Positions 44,802 through 53,879 of a DNA stretch of 64,000 nucleotides are shown here, in pieces. The stretch is from an uncultured Sphaerobacteraceae bacterium (GTDB lineage Bacteria; Chloroflexota; Chloroflexia; Thermomicrobiales; UBA6265), in assembly GCA_964461025.1 (NCBI GenBank), contig CAYWSE010000001.1, positions 56,414-120,413 on the forward strand. Reading direction: 5' to 3'. Below the pieces are notes generated by a model. It saw only the letters and a program-made list of their open reading frames with translations. It ran no database searches and was not told the origin of the DNA. Both the position numbers and the translations under genes were made by a program. Each line of letters opens with the position of its first letter. Positions within the stretch are counted from its first letter, which is position 1.

Positions 44802-45596
44802 TTACCAGAGATCCCGAATCGCGCTGACCACACCCACCAGCCCGGCGCACATCAGTATCGCAACGACGGCTTGCCAGAATTGCGCGTCCGTGGCTCGTCT
44901 GACAACCCTCCGACCAACAACCGTGCCGGCCATCGCGGCGGGCAGCAGGGTGGCGACGACGCGCATTTCGCTCCAGCCGACATGCCCCTGCTGAATCAGC
45001 ACAGCCATCGCCAGGAGATCGACCACGTAGAAGTAGGCGACGATGCTGGAGCGAAACTGATTGGGCGAGTACTTTCGCGCCGCGAAAAGGAGCGCCACCG
45101 GCGGGCCAGCCATCCCGGTGGCGACGTTCAGCATCCCGCTGAAGAATCCGGCCACAGACGGCGCCGCTGCGGATTGAGCTCCAGGCAGCACCCAGCCGCG
45201 AAAGGTCGCGACGGTGAACGAGAGCACGACAACGCCGGCCAGGAGCTTGATCCACGCTTCTGAGACGGTTTCGATCAACACGGCGCCGGCGCCGAGGCCA
45301 ACGATCGCCCCGGGGAGAAGCATCTTCACCGTCGAGCGCTCGATCATCCGCCAGGTATCGAGCAGCACTACCCAGCCGGTCACAAGCGTAAGGGAAATGG
45401 CGACCGCCGTTACAGTGGGGGCGGAGTAGAGGAGTAGCAGCGGCGGCACGATCACCAGGGCAAAGCCGAACCCGGCGATGCCCGTGACAATTCCCCCACC
45501 AAATACGATCCCCAGCGCAATCAGCAGCTCAGGCGCCACACGTCTATGTCCTCCCCGCCTATTCTCGCAGGGAACGACAGTTGACGATTGAGTCAT
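44802..45596 (-). CDS. TauE/SafE (TSUP) family anion exporter, tandem paralogue
   Basis: GFGFALVIVPPLLLLY and GMLNVATGMAGPPVAL. Confidence 0.8.
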   Translation of the reverse strand: MTQSSTVVPCENRRGGHRRVAPELLIALGIVFGGGIVTGIAGFGFALVIVPPLLLLYSAPTVTAVAISLTLVTGWVVLLDTWRMIERSTVKMLLPGAIVGLGAGAVLIETVSEAWIKLLAGVVVLSFTVATFRGWVLPGAQSAAAPSVAGFFSGMLNVATGMAGPPVALLFAARKYSPNQFRSSIVAYFYVVDLLAMAVLIQQGHVGWSEMRVVATLLPAAMAGTVVGRRVVRRATDAQFWQAVVAILMCAGLVGVVSAIRDLW

Positions 45597-45693
45597 TCTC
45601 GATATATCCCCAATCCACCGGTTGGGTCATACTGTGTTCTCAGCGGTTCCGAATCGGCGGGGCTTGGGTGACCTTAATGCGAGGAGATAGTCG

Positions 45694-46710
45694 GTGTTTC
45701 GACGATTGATCCATATCGCGTTGCTTCTGACATTGATTGCGACGTCCAGTCTCATCACGCTGGCTCCGCTTGCAGCTCAGGAGAATCCCGACTGCCTCGG
45801 CGTCGATGATTACGTGCTCTCCGTCCGCACCGCGCAACTTGCCTATCTGACCGCCATCACAGGAATCGACCCGGCCAACGTCGAAAAATGGACACCGGAG
45901 GAACTTGATGTGTCCATTCGGGCCACCAACACGCTGACCACCACGCTCGCGGCGATCGCGCCCCCGCCGGCCGCTGACGAAGTTCATTCCGCGATCATCG
46001 AAACATTCAACACTTGGACGCTGCTGCTGGTCGCGGTACAGGAAAACGGCATACTCGGTGCGCTGAGCTTTCTCGATGCATTCACTGAGGTGAGCGCAAG
46101 GATGGACGCCAGCGGAATCACCTTCGAAGAGACATGCCAGATCGCCTTTCTCGACAACGACGATGACGGAACACCTGAGATCGGCGCCGGCGTTCAACCG
46201 GCGCAGCCAACATCGGCCGAAATCGACCCCAGCCAGCCGCTCGGCTCCTTCGAGAATCCGGTCCCGGTCGGTCAAACGCAAAACGTCGGTGGCGGCTGGG
46301 AGATCACCGTCGTCGCGGTGCGCCCCGACGACACCCAGGCTGTCCTCGACCGAAATCAGTTCAATGTGCCGCCCATCGAGGGCCGCCAGTTCTTTGTCGC
46401 CGATGTGATGGTCGAAAACACCGGCTCCCAGCCAGCCAGCTACGATGGCAACTACCGGCTGCGAGCCACGGGTTTGAATGGCGACTACACATCCTTTGCG
46501 CCCGACGACCGCTGTGGCGTGGTCGACAACGAATGGGACGAAACCGAAATCCAGCCGGGTGAGCAAGTCACGCGAGCGATCTGCTGGTCGATCCCGCTTG
46601 AAGAGGTCAACGCCATTCGCCTTTATGATCACGAAGCCGTCACCGAGTCGCGTGTCTACTTCGCCCTCGTGTCAGGCGAATCGTCGGCAACGCCAACTGC
46701 AGGCAACTAG
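45694..46710 (+). CDS. secreted protein with DUF4352-like C-terminal domain
   Basis: Signal peptide MFRRLIHIALLLTLIATSSLITLAPLAAQ. C-terminal Ig-like pattern WEITVVAV...FFVADVMVENTG. Confidence 0.62.
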   Translation: MFRRLIHIALLLTLIATSSLITLAPLAAQENPDCLGVDDYVLSVRTAQLAYLTAITGIDPANVEKWTPEELDVSIRATNTLTTTLAAIAPPPAADEVHSAIIETFNTWTLLLVAVQENGILGALSFLDAFTEVSARMDASGITFEETCQIAFLDNDDDGTPEIGAGVQPAQPTSAEIDPSQPLGSFENPVPVGQTQNVGGGWEITVVAVRPDDTQAVLDRNQFNVPPIEGRQFFVADVMVENTGSQPASYDGNYRLRATGLNGDYTSFAPDDRCGVVDNEWDETEIQPGEQVTRAICWSIPLEEVNAIRLYDHEAVTESRVYFALVSGESSATPTAGN

Positions 46711-46725
46711 GCCCCTCGCGACACC

Positions 46726-48342
46726 ATGCCTGCACCTGATCGCGCCATCGTTGGCGCACGCATACGAACCCTGGATGACGAGCAGCCGTTTGCCACAGCG
46801 GTAGCGATGCGCGGCGGCATCATCACGGCAGTCGGAGACGACGCCACGGTTCGCGCCGCATGCGATGGTTCGACCGAGCTGCTCGACGGGTCAGGCTTGC
46901 ATATCGTTCCCGGTCTGACTGACTCGCACGTGCATCCCTTCTGGGGAGCCGAAGCGACGCAGGGCATCGACCTCTCCGATGTCTGGTCCCTTGCCGAGCT
47001 CAACGCGATCCTCGCCGCCGCGTGGGAGCGACAGCGGGGCGAGGGTTGGATCACCGGGTGGGGACTCCATTTCGAACCATTCCTCGCCGGCGGCATTCGC
47101 GGCGACGCGTTCGCTGATGCCGTAGGTTCGGCTCCCGCCTTCCTGCGCTTTTTCGATGGGCACACTGCGGTGGCGAACCACGCCGCCCTGGAGCGGGCCG
47201 GAATCGACGGGGCACGCCAGTTCAGCGAGTTTGCCGCGATCGTCTGCGACAGCGACGGCAGGCCCACAGGTGAGCTGCAGGAATCAGCCACAATGGACCT
47301 GATCGCCGAGGTGATGCCGCAAGCAACAGACGACGATCGTTACCGTTGGTACGTCGAAGCAATGCAGGGATTCAACCGGGTTGGATTGACGGCGATCCAC
47401 GGCATGGATGGCGAACCGGCCCGATTCGATCTCCTGCGTGAGCTCGAGGCAAATGGCGATCTGACGGTGCGGATGACCTCACCCCTCTGGCAAAGACCGG
47501 AAACCACCTTCGAGGAAATGCGTGCACAGCTCCAGTTGGTCAATGAAAAGGGGAGACACTGGAAAGCGGGATCGGCGAAGTTCTTCATCGACGGCGTCAT
47601 CGAATCGGGAACGGCATGGCTGGTCGAGCCAGACCTCAGAGGTGAAGGACTTCACCCCTTCTGGCCCAATCCAGAGAAATACCAGAAAGCCGTAAAGCTC
47701 TTTGCGGAAGCGGGATTCCAGTGCATCACCCATGCCGTGGGCGACATGGCGGTGCGCTATGCGCTCGACGCTTATGCGGCATTTGGCGCGTCCCCCGGCG
47801 TCCGCCACCGCATCGAGCATATCGAACAGCTGACCGATTCCGATCTGCCACGATTTGCCGAACTGGGCGTAGTGGCATCGATGCAGCCGTTGCACATGCA
47901 TGCTTTTGAACCGGACAAGTCCGACGGTTGGTCCTGTCGGTTCGAACCAGAACGTCAACAGCGGGCATTCCGCAGCGGCGATTTGAAACGCGCGGGCGCT
48001 GTCGTTGCGTTGGGATCGGATTGGATGGTGGCGCCATTCGACCCGCGGCTCGGCATGGCCTGGGCGCGATTGCGGCGCCGGCCGGGCCACCCGGAACGAC
48101 CATCGATTCTGCCGGAACAGAGGTTGACGCCGCTGGAAGCCCTGCATGGCTACACGACGCTGGCCGCCTACACGATCTCCGAGGAATCGATTTCCGGTCG
48201 CATCAAACCAGGTTATCGGGCCGACCTCACCGCCTTCGCCGCCGACCCGGTAGACATCGATGCCGACGCCCTTCTCGATCTGCCGGTGCTGATGACGGTG
48301 GTGGATGGCGACATTGTCTATCGAGACGAGAATGCAGCATGA
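46726..48342 (+). CDS. amidohydrolase-3-family metal-dependent hydrolase (YtcJ-like)
   Basis: HIVPGLTDSHVHPFWG, HAVGD and VALGSDW. Confidence 0.8.
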   Translation: MPAPDRAIVGARIRTLDDEQPFATAVAMRGGIITAVGDDATVRAACDGSTELLDGSGLHIVPGLTDSHVHPFWGAEATQGIDLSDVWSLAELNAILAAAWERQRGEGWITGWGLHFEPFLAGGIRGDAFADAVGSAPAFLRFFDGHTAVANHAALERAGIDGARQFSEFAAIVCDSDGRPTGELQESATMDLIAEVMPQATDDDRYRWYVEAMQGFNRVGLTAIHGMDGEPARFDLLRELEANGDLTVRMTSPLWQRPETTFEEMRAQLQLVNEKGRHWKAGSAKFFIDGVIESGTAWLVEPDLRGEGLHPFWPNPEKYQKAVKLFAEAGFQCITHAVGDMAVRYALDAYAAFGASPGVRHRIEHIEQLTDSDLPRFAELGVVASMQPLHMHAFEPDKSDGWSCRFEPERQQRAFRSGDLKRAGAVVALGSDWMVAPFDPRLGMAWARLRRRPGHPERPSILPEQRLTPLEALHGYTTLAAYTISEESISGRIKPGYRADLTAFAADPVDIDADALLDLPVLMTVVDGDIVYRDENAA

Positions 48343-48812
48343 CCTGCATTAGCGTTCCAGCGGCAACCCACCCGGCATTGCCGCCGGACATGCCCGTGGA
48401 GGTTCGTGCCGCATTTGCGCGGTATGCCGAACCCGACCAGGAGCAATTGCTGAATCTCCGCGATCTGATTTTCGCGGTCGCGGCTGAGACCGAAGGCGTC
48501 GGAGCCCTGGAAGAGACGCTGAAGTGGGGGCAGATAAGCTATCTCACGCCCCGGACCAAAAGCGGCACGACGATCCGAATCGATGTGGCTGGCGACGGTT
48601 CGGACCAGCTGGCCTTGTTCGTCAATTGCCAAACGAGTCTGGTCGGGCAGTACAGAGCGCTGTACGGAACGGTCCTCGCCGTCGAAGGCAATCGCTGCGT
48701 GAGATTCAACATGAGTGATCAGGCATCCATTGAGGCGCTGGAGCATTGCATCGAGCTGGCATTGACCTATCACCTCGCCAGGAAGAGAAAGACATCGACC
48801 CGCCGCGCGTAG
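48339..48812 (+). CDS. DUF1801-domain protein
   Basis: ATGA overlap with the upstream stop. EETLKWGQISYL motif. Confidence 0.68.
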   Translation: MTCISVPAATHPALPPDMPVEVRAAFARYAEPDQEQLLNLRDLIFAVAAETEGVGALEETLKWGQISYLTPRTKSGTTIRIDVAGDGSDQLALFVNCQTSLVGQYRALYGTVLAVEGNRCVRFNMSDQASIEALEHCIELALTYHLARKRKTSTRRA

Positions 48813-48881
48813 GAGCGCTGCATGCGTGGGAGTCGCGCCAAAAGAAAAGGGGCGCGCCCCCCACTATTCGCAACCGCTGCG

Positions 48882-50243
48882 TCAGTTGCTGGTGAGGACG
48901 AGGGATTTTGCCCGGTCGAAGTCCTCGTCGGTAAGCAGTCCCTGCGTTTTCAGATCGGCAAGCTGCTGGAGACTCTGACTGACTGATTGGCCGGTCCCCG
49001 GCCGTGGCGATGCCGGTGCCGCTGACGCCGCGGCGAGAAAATCGGCCGGTACCGTCTTGGCCCGGAAAATCAGAATGAGACCGGCTGCTCCCGCCACCAG
49101 CAGCACGATCACCCAGCCGAAGTCGGTCCAGTCCAGAAGGAAGATGACTGCGCAAATGAAGGCGGCCCAGATGCCCGCGGCCGCCATTCGATTGACAGCA
49201 ACGGCATTCTCGATCCTGCCTAGCACCGGATTTCGTTCGTAGAGCGATCGGCGAGCCTCGTCGTCAGATTCAAAGCTGACTCGCCCACGGAGAGCAAGGA
49301 GGTAAGTCGCACCGGCAACAGCGAGACCGATCAAACCAATGATGCGTAGCCCGGCTCGCAGATAGTTGGTGAGTGTGTCGAAAAAGTAGCGCGCAGCATC
49401 CTTATCGACGGTGTCGCTGAGGTTGTTCATATAGAGCCAGCGCATCAGCACCACAAAAAGCAGGACTGCCAGCATCGAAATGGCCAGCCCAAGACCAGCA
49501 GCGACGATCGCGCCCCACCACCGGTTCGGAGCAATCAGCACGTATCCGAAGAGCGACGCCAGGGCAACGATCGTGAGGATGATCGAGAGATTGTCGAGTT
49601 CGCTGGAAATGTTCTGCAGATCGGCAAGCTGCGAAGACTCGAAAACGACAAAGGTAAGATCGCTCGTGGGCGCGGGGATGGATATTCCCCTTGCCGAGAT
49701 ATCGTCGAATACTGCCTGCACCACGGGTGTAAGGTCAACCGAGACCTGACCATTCTGGGTGTCGAAGAGGGGTGAATCGCCCCCTTCGAGAAGAGCGACG
49801 AAGCCGGTGTGGGCGAGACGGGCCGACTCATCCCAAACGGCGGGAAACTCTGGTGAGCTGACGAAGGAATGCGTGATCGAATTGACAGCGGCGTGCGTGA
49901 CGGCCGGCAACAACGTCGCGGCGATGCCATCATTCTCAGAGACAATGTCGGTGGAGGAGACTTCGGCGGTGATGATGCTCGTCACACGGTTGGCGATGGA
50001 ATCCTGAAACCCCGCGTTGTCGCCCAACGGGGAGACTGTGCGCACAAAACGGTCGGTGTCGAGCATCTGGTTTCTGGCCCAAACGGCGGGAACGGCGAGG
50101 CCCGCGCTGACCATGAAGAGCACAAGGAGCAGGGTGGCCAGCGGTCCTCTCCAGCGATCGAATGTCGATACCGGAGATTCGGGAGTTGTGGACGCTGGGG
50201 GTCGATCCAGTATGAAGTCGTCGGGCATGCTCGGATTGGCCAC
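48882..50243 (-). CDS. multi-pass membrane protein with C-terminal SHOCT domain
   Basis: Several TM helices. The tail LQQLADLKTQGLLTDEDFDRAKSLVL is a SHOCT signature. Confidence 0.7.
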   Translation of the reverse strand: MANPSMPDDFILDRPPASTTPESPVSTFDRWRGPLATLLLVLFMVSAGLAVPAVWARNQMLDTDRFVRTVSPLGDNAGFQDSIANRVTSIITAEVSSTDIVSENDGIAATLLPAVTHAAVNSITHSFVSSPEFPAVWDESARLAHTGFVALLEGGDSPLFDTQNGQVSVDLTPVVQAVFDDISARGISIPAPTSDLTFVVFESSQLADLQNISSELDNLSIILTIVALASLFGYVLIAPNRWWGAIVAAGLGLAISMLAVLLFVVLMRWLYMNNLSDTVDKDAARYFFDTLTNYLRAGLRIIGLIGLAVAGATYLLALRGRVSFESDDEARRSLYERNPVLGRIENAVAVNRMAAAGIWAAFICAVIFLLDWTDFGWVIVLLVAGAAGLILIFRAKTVPADFLAAASAAPASPRPGTGQSVSQSLQQLADLKTQGLLTDEDFDRAKSLVLTSN

Positions 50244-50415
50244 TGCGCACTCCCTCCCTCTGGTTTCAGAACGCTATCGAGATTATCGATGGTCAACGAT
50301 GGCATCGACGCCATACCTACTGGATTCGATGTCCAGTGTATCAGCGAACGTTCGCCTGCAGAATGGTCCATTTGGTGCAATCGAGGGCAAATAGCCCGAT
50401 TTGGAGCAAAGTCTG

Positions 50416-51438
50416 ATGTCTCACGGGTCCAAGAATCGGCAGACGCGGGTGCTGGTCACCGACTACGCATGGCCGTCACCTGACATCGAACGGGGAATTC
50501 TCGATGCCGCCGGTATCGACATGCTCCTGGCCGAACGCGGCGACGCCGGCGAGCTTGCCAGGCTGGCGCCGGGTGTCGATGCCATCCTCTCCTGCTGGAA
50601 ACCGATTCCAGCTTCGGTTCTGGATGAAGCTGATGCCTGCGTCCTCATCTCAAAATTCGGCACCGGAGTCGACAATATCGATCTCGCCCGCGCGACCGAG
50701 CTTGGCATCATCGTCTGCAACATTCCCGACTTCTGCCTGGACGAAGTCTCTGACCATGCCATGGCGCTCCTGCTGGCCGCGGCGCGGCGTATCGTGCCAT
50801 TCGATCGGGAAGTCCGGCAGGGTGAATGGCAACCGCGCAAAGGCCAGGCGTTGCAGCGATTGCGGGGCCGCACCCTCGGCATCGTCGGATATGGCGGAAT
50901 CGCGAAAACGCTGATCCCGAAAGCGCGGGCGTTCGGGCTCGACGTCGTGGTCTATTCGCCGAGACTGTCCGCTGGGTCGATCGAACCAGGAGTCGTGGCG
51001 ACGAACACCCTGCACGACATGCTCGCCGACGCCGATTTCGTCTCGATTCATGCTCCCGCCAACGCGGAAACGCGAGGGATGTTCGATGCGTCGGCGTTTG
51101 CCACGATGAAATCCGGCGCCTGGCTGATCAACACCTCGCGCGGCGCGCTGGTCGATGAAGAAGCGCTGATCGCGGCATTGCAGGAGGGCAAGCTGGGAGG
51201 AGCGGCGCTCGACGTCCTCGCTCAGGAACCTCCCGACCCCGCCAGTCCCCTCCTGACAATGCAGAACGTGATCCTCACGCCACACGCCGCCTTCGCCTCG
51301 CAACAGGCGATCGAAGACCTCCAGCGTCGCGCGGCCATGGCCGTCGTCCAGACCCTCGGCGGCGAACTGCCGAACAACATCGTCAACCCCGCGGTCCTGC
51401 ACTCACCATCCTTGCGCTTTCCCAAGATTTTGGTGTGA
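50416..51438 (+). CDS. D-isomer-specific 2-hydroxyacid dehydrogenase-family protein
   Basis: GRTLGIVGYGGIAK (NAD site), LINTSRGALVDE and LTPHAAF. Confidence 0.86.
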   Translation: MSHGSKNRQTRVLVTDYAWPSPDIERGILDAAGIDMLLAERGDAGELARLAPGVDAILSCWKPIPASVLDEADACVLISKFGTGVDNIDLARATELGIIVCNIPDFCLDEVSDHAMALLLAAARRIVPFDREVRQGEWQPRKGQALQRLRGRTLGIVGYGGIAKTLIPKARAFGLDVVVYSPRLSAGSIEPGVVATNTLHDMLADADFVSIHAPANAETRGMFDASAFATMKSGAWLINTSRGALVDEEALIAALQEGKLGGAALDVLAQEPPDPASPLLTMQNVILTPHAAFASQQAIEDLQRRAAMAVVQTLGGELPNNIVNPAVLHSPSLRFPKILV

Positions 51439-51478
51439 ACGCTACCTTCCCGTCGCTCTGCCTGAAAAGTCAATGGGA

Positions 51479-51620
51479 TGTAGGCTCCGGCGCTCTGCCG
51501 GAGCAATCGACCGGAGGTCGATAACTGCGGCCACCTGCAGCCGCGGTTGTACTGTCGATGGAGGTGGTCGTGGATTAAGGCCCTCCTGGCCATTCCTCCG
51601 GCAGAGAGCCGGAGGCTACA
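51479..51620. mobile_element. REPIN/MITE-like element copy 2 (142 bp)
   Basis: The termini are TGTAGGCTCCGGCGCTCTGCCGGAG ... CTCCGGCAGAGAGCCGGAGGCTACA. The body is collinear with copy 1 apart from a few substitutions and a ~13-nt insertion. Confidence 0.7.
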
Positions 51621-51648
51621 TCGATGTGTCGCGCCATGGCTCCGCAAC

Positions 51649-52281
51649 CTACTGAATTGAGGCAAACACCCGACGAGCCCGTTTCGCTTGCGGCGGTGTG
51701 AGATCGGGGAGTCGTCGATTCGCCAGAAGTTGGGCATCCAGAGCGAGAACGTCATCGAGTAGCAGAAGCGGCACCATCGACTCCAGATGTCTCGGAAACT
51801 CGCTGTCTTTGCAACGCTCGAGGATACCGAAGAGAAAGGCCGCTACGTCTTGACGCGTAGCGGGGAGTGCGACCGCAACCGACGTCAGCGTCCGAACACC
51901 CCAGTCACGCGTGATGACCGAGCCGGTGTCCGTGGCGTGCATCACCGCCTCGAGATGCGGAAGCAATGAGCCTGGCGCAACCCCGGCAATCGCCGCGAGC
52001 GCCTCCATGCCTCCCCACACCATCCGATTGTGACGATCCGAAAGCAGCAGGGCGAAGCGATCGGCATGTGCGGCAATCAGCGAAGGTTCGATCTTGCCCG
52101 CTTCGTAGAGCACTTTGAGCGCGTCGCTGCGAATAGCCTGATTGCGGTTATCCAGCAATGAGATCAGCTCGGCAATCGCCTCGGTGTCTTTCCCGGCAGC
52201 GATCGTCTGGGCGAGCGCGATGTTTGGCTCCTCGTCATTGCGACCGAGCGAGACTGCGAGCTGATCGAGTATTGACCTCAT
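51649..52281 (-). CDS. hypothetical protein (HEAT/ARM-like helical repeats)
   Basis: Repeated ~30-aa helical units (AIAELISLLDNRNQAIRSDALKVL...). The start is taken at MRSILDQL. Confidence 0.5.
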   Translation of the reverse strand: MRSILDQLAVSLGRNDEEPNIALAQTIAAGKDTEAIAELISLLDNRNQAIRSDALKVLYEAGKIEPSLIAAHADRFALLLSDRHNRMVWGGMEALAAIAGVAPGSLLPHLEAVMHATDTGSVITRDWGVRTLTSVAVALPATRQDVAAFLFGILERCKDSEFPRHLESMVPLLLLDDVLALDAQLLANRRLPDLTPPQAKRARRVFASIQ

Positions 52282-52366
52282 GACGCCTCTCCTGAGCGCA
52301 TCCCCGGTCCGGGAGATTTCCAAATCAGTTCAACTACAATGTCTCCATACGTTCTACGCAGAGGTT

Positions 52367-52579
52367 ATGACGATGAGACAAGTTTTGCTCTATCAGGACG
52401 AAGAAGGTTGGTGGGTTGCGGAAGTGCCGAGCCTGCCAGGCTGTGCGACGCAAGGGCGGACGCGCGACGAGGCACTTATCAACATCAGCGAGGCGATACA
52501 GGGATACATCGCTACGCTTATCGACCGCGGTGATCCTGTTCCAGAAGATATCCCCAGTGCCTCTCTTGTTGCAGTATGA
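52367..52579 (+). CDS. hicB: HicB-family antitoxin (UPF0150)
   Basis: YQDEEGWWVAEVPSLPGCATQGRTRDEALINISEAIQGYI. Confidence 0.8.
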   Translation: MTMRQVLLYQDEEGWWVAEVPSLPGCATQGRTRDEALINISEAIQGYIATLIDRGDPVPEDIPSASLVAV

Positions 52580-52800
52580 CCAAACTTCCCAGGATATCGG
52601 GAAAGGAGTGAATCGCCGCATTAGGTCGAGCTGGATTTCAGAAGGACCGACAAACAGGCAGTCACGTCATTCTCACCAGACAGGATCCGTATGCGATGAC
52701 CGTGGTGCCTCTCCACAAAGAACTTGGGCCAGGGCTGCTGCGGACCATCGTCCGCCAGTCAGGTATGTCAGTTGAAGAATTCGTCGAACTCCTGAAGTGA
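52576..52800 (+). pseudogene. hicA: HicA-family mRNA interferase toxin with in-frame TGA at codon 12 (52609-52611)
   Basis: ATGA overlap with the hicB stop. The translation is MTKLPRISGKE-TGA-IAALGRAGFQKDRQTGSHVILTRQDPYAMTVVPLHKELGPGLLRTIVRQSGMSVEEFVELLK. This is a full-length HicA pattern (GSH...PxH) apart from the stop. Confidence 0.72.
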
Positions 52801-52882
52801 GCGAAACGCTCTGACTTCTTCTCACCAAATTGAAGAGAACGCAGTCCCCGCGGAATCTCTGGACATCGAGCAGGCTGACCTC

Positions 52883-53875
52883 TTGATCCGCTATCTTCTT
52901 GAACGGAAGCGGATCGATCCCGCGGAATCGCCTGCTATTCACGTGCTCGGCGGCGGCGTCTCCAATCGCACCGTGCTCGTCGAACGGCAGACCGGCGAAG
53001 CATGGGTGCTTAAGCAGGCCCTGGCCAAGCTGCGCGTGCAGGTCGACTGGTTCTCCCCGCCGGAACGCGTCCATCGCGAAGCCGATGGGTTGCGCTGGCT
53101 TGCCCAGCTGGCGCCGCCGGGTACGATCACGCCACTGATCTTCGAAGATTTCGGCCATCACCTGATCGCCATGCAGGCGGTGCCGCGACCGCACCAGAAC
53201 TGGAAGTCGATGTTACTGGCAGGCGATGTTCGCCCGGAGCATGTCGAGCAATTCGCCACGCTCCTGGGAACCATCCACACCCGCAGCAACGAGCGCCTGG
53301 AGGAACTGCGTCCCGTCTTCAGCGATCGCGGATACTTTGAGTCACTGCGACTCGAACCCTATTACGGCTACACCGCCACCCAGGTTCCGGAAGCAGAACG
53401 GTTCCTGCGTGATCTCATGGAAACGAGATCGCATGCCGTAACCATCGTCCACGGCGACTATAGCCCCAAAAATGTCCTCGTCCACGACGGTCGTCTGATC
53501 CTGCTCGACCATGAAGTGATCCACGTCGGCGATCCCTGTTTCGATCTTGGGTTCTCGATGACCCATTTGCTGAGCAAAGCCCATCACCTCAGAGAGTGGA
53601 GAGCGGCATTCACACAAGCGACCTTCGCTTATTGGAATACGTACTGGAATATCGTAAGAACGAGTTCCTGGGCGGAAAATCTCGAATCACGAGCTGTGCG
53701 GCACACCCTTGGCTGCCTGCTGGCCCGGGCGCGGGGACGGTCGCCGCTGGAATACCTGGATGAGGACGAGCGCGCCCGGCAGGCGAGTGTTGTCGTGGCG
53801 CTGATGGCCGACCCTCCGGCGACGATCGAGGACCTGACCGATCGCTTCATCACCGGTGTCGCGGAAAAGGAGTAA
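52883..53875 (+). CDS. phosphotransferase-family kinase (APH/ChoK-like, MtnK-like)
   Basis: GGGVSNRTVLV, IVHGDYSPKNVLV and DHEVIHVGDPCFDLGF. The start is TTG. The frame is open upstream to 52796, so the start is uncertain. Confidence 0.72.
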   Translation: MIRYLLERKRIDPAESPAIHVLGGGVSNRTVLVERQTGEAWVLKQALAKLRVQVDWFSPPERVHREADGLRWLAQLAPPGTITPLIFEDFGHHLIAMQAVPRPHQNWKSMLLAGDVRPEHVEQFATLLGTIHTRSNERLEELRPVFSDRGYFESLRLEPYYGYTATQVPEAERFLRDLMETRSHAVTIVHGDYSPKNVLVHDGRLILLDHEVIHVGDPCFDLGFSMTHLLSKAHHLREWRAAFTQATFAYWNTYWNIVRTSSWAENLESRAVRHTLGCLLARARGRSPLEYLDEDERARQASVVVALMADPPATIEDLTDRFITGVAEKE

Positions 53876-53879
53876 CGAC

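Noticed and set aside
48813-48881. A terminator hairpin between the DUF1801 gene and the SHOCT membrane protein gene (GCGCC-AAAAGAAAAGG-GGCGC).
   Set aside because: The stem is only 5-6 bp with an 11-nt A-rich loop and no clear T-run on either strand. This is too weak to annotate.
52609-52611. The TGA in hicA (and the TAA in nrdA) as programmed recoding, such as selenocysteine or a reassigned stop.
   Set aside because: Many genes in the window terminate normally at TGA and TAA. I saw no SECIS-like hairpin immediately downstream, and a Cys or Sec residue is not expected at that HicA position.
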